Shown here: positions 62,352 to 64,000 of the stretch, one piece after another | Numbering within the stretch: position 1 is the stretch's first letter | Layout of the letters: the number at the start of each line of letters is the position of its first letter | Assembly: GCA_030390025.1 (NCBI GenBank) | Contig: CM059433.1 | Coordinates: 17,052,001 to 17,116,000, forward strand | Length of the DNA: 64,000 nt | From: Squalus acanthias | Taxonomy: Eukaryota | Direction: 5' to 3' | The notes under the pieces: generated by a model | What the model saw: only the letters and a program-made list of their open reading frames with translations | The model's database searches: none | Told to the model about the DNA's origin: nothing | Made by a program: the position numbers and the translations under genes

Positions 62352-63304
62352 CATAAGAACATAAGAAATAGGAGCAGGAGGAGGCCATTTGGCCGTTCGA
62401 GCCTGCTCCACCATTCAATAAGATCATGGCTGATCTACCTCAACTGCACTTTCCTGCACTATTCCCATATCCCTTGATTCCCTTAATATCCAAAAATCTA
62501 TTGATCTCTGTCTTGAATATACTCAACGACTGAGCCTCCACAGCCCTCTGGGGTAGAGAATTCCAAAGATTTACCACCCTCTGAGTGAAGACATTTCTCC
62601 TCATCTCAGTCCTAAATGGCCTTATTCTGAGACTGTGACCCCTGGTTCTAGACTCCCCAGCCAGGGCAAACATCCTCTCTGCATTTACCCTGTCAAGCCC
62701 TGTAAGAATTTTGTATGTTTCAATGAGATCACCTCTCATTCTTCTAAACTCTGGAGAATATAGGCCTAGTCTACTCAATCTCTCCTCATAGGACAATCCC
62801 CCCATCCCAGGAATCAGTCTGGTGAACCTTTGTTGCACTCCCTCTATGACAAGTATATCCTTCCTTAGGAAAGGAGACCAAAACTGTACACAATATTCCA
62901 GGTGTGGTCTCACCAAGGCCCTATATAATTGCAGTAAGACGTCTTCACTCTTATATTCAAATCCTTTTGTAATAAAGGCCAACATACCATTTGCTTTCCT
63001 AATTGCTTGGTGTACCTGCATATTAACTTTAGCCATTCGTGTACAAGGACACCCAGGTCCCTCTGAACACTAACATTTCCCAATCTCTAACCATTTAAAA
63101 TAATATTTTGCTTTTCTATTTTTCCTACCAAAGTGGATAACTTCACATTTCTCCACATTATATTCCATTTGCCATGTTCTTGCCCACTCGCTTAACCTGT
63201 CTGTAGCCCCTTGCAGCCTCTTTGCATCTTCCTCACAACTTACATTCCCACCTAGCTTTGTATCATCAGCAAACTTGGATATATTACATTTGGCCCCCTC
63301 ATCC
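62352..63304 (-). mobile_element. CR1 LINE 3' portion
   Basis: [34 protein letters not shown] motifs and tail. Confidence 0.92.
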
Positions 63305-64000
63305 CAGGCTCCCAAACCCAGAGGATGCCCGCCAAAGGCGTCTAAGCAGGTGCAGCATAGAAGTGAGTAAGGTGCCTCTACATCTGCTGAAGCCACAGGG
63401 GAAGCACCACGTAGAAGCACGCGTAAGAGAAAGTTAACTCAGAAATAGTCACAAGGGTAGTCAATTGGGTGTTTTGATCTCATACAAAGTAACGTTTGTC
63501 ATCGTGATTTTAAATGTAGCAAAGATTCAAAGAGTTGGCCTATGTGTGCTCAGAAATGGAAGTTACACAGTGAGGGGTCAGGGCACCTTTCATCTGTAAG
63601 GAGTGTCCACCCGCTCCTCTGGGCTCCAGGTGCTGGTGCAGTATTGTGCAGATGTCAGCGACTACCTCTCGCGAAAGTCTCAGCCTCCTTTGGCACTGCT
63701 GCTCACTGATGGTGAGGAAGTTCATCCTCTGCCTGTAAACCCTGTGTTGGGGGTATCTCCTGCAGCACGGTGCAGCCCTGCGCTGACGCCCTCTGCAGCA
63801 TCAGGAGGCTGAGGAGAAGGTTGGTGCTCCTGTTGTTGGTGCTGCTGTTGTGCCTGGTTCTGCTGCTGCCGCGGCTGCTGTTCCTCCGATTCTGAGGACC
63901 AGGATGAGAGGGTATAAATGGTTCCCATTCCGCTGCTATATATCTCAGTTGAGGAAAAGATGTTCTAAGCGCTCAGTCAATGTGGGGAGAAGGCTTTCCA
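63305..64000 (-). mobile_element. Internally deleted Harbinger remnant (transposase N-terminus)
   Basis: NFLTISEQQCQRRLRLSREVVADICTILHQHLEP parallels FLNLSEEQCVRRLRFSNDILTEICHLLQSQLQP at ~7850-7940; the transposase core is absent. Confidence 0.7.

Overview
This is vertebrate genomic DNA, most likely a shark or other cartilaginous fish (inferred from SacSINE1-like DeuSINEs and abundant CR1 LINEs). It is repeat-rich and has one assembly gap (16285-16740). Two host genes face away from a CpG-island bidirectional promoter at ~50.65-51.8 kb. One is ERICH1 on the minus strand, with six exons traced from 50953 to 19622. The other is the 18-nt first coding exon of DLGAP2 on the plus strand (51436-51453). 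ERICH1 exons 1-3 and most of exon 4 are intact. The conserved C-terminal part is disrupted: a frameshift and stop in exon 4, and a lost acceptor plus indels and stops in exon 5. This predicts a truncated 213-aa product, unless these are assembly errors. The rest is nested transposable elements: many CR1 LINEs, an L2, a second LINE family, DeuSINEs, a decayed two-gene PIF/Harbinger element with related MITEs, two ~1.3-kb solo LTRs with 4-bp TSDs, and Penelope-like hairpins with a hammerhead-like motif. A TA-TSD pogo/Tigger-type MITE family is present in four copies: two form a long inverted pair and one has spawned a ~75-copy 29-bp minisatellite. Gene and repeat names come from recalled sequences, not database searches. 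Repeat boundaries without a stated TSD are approximate.
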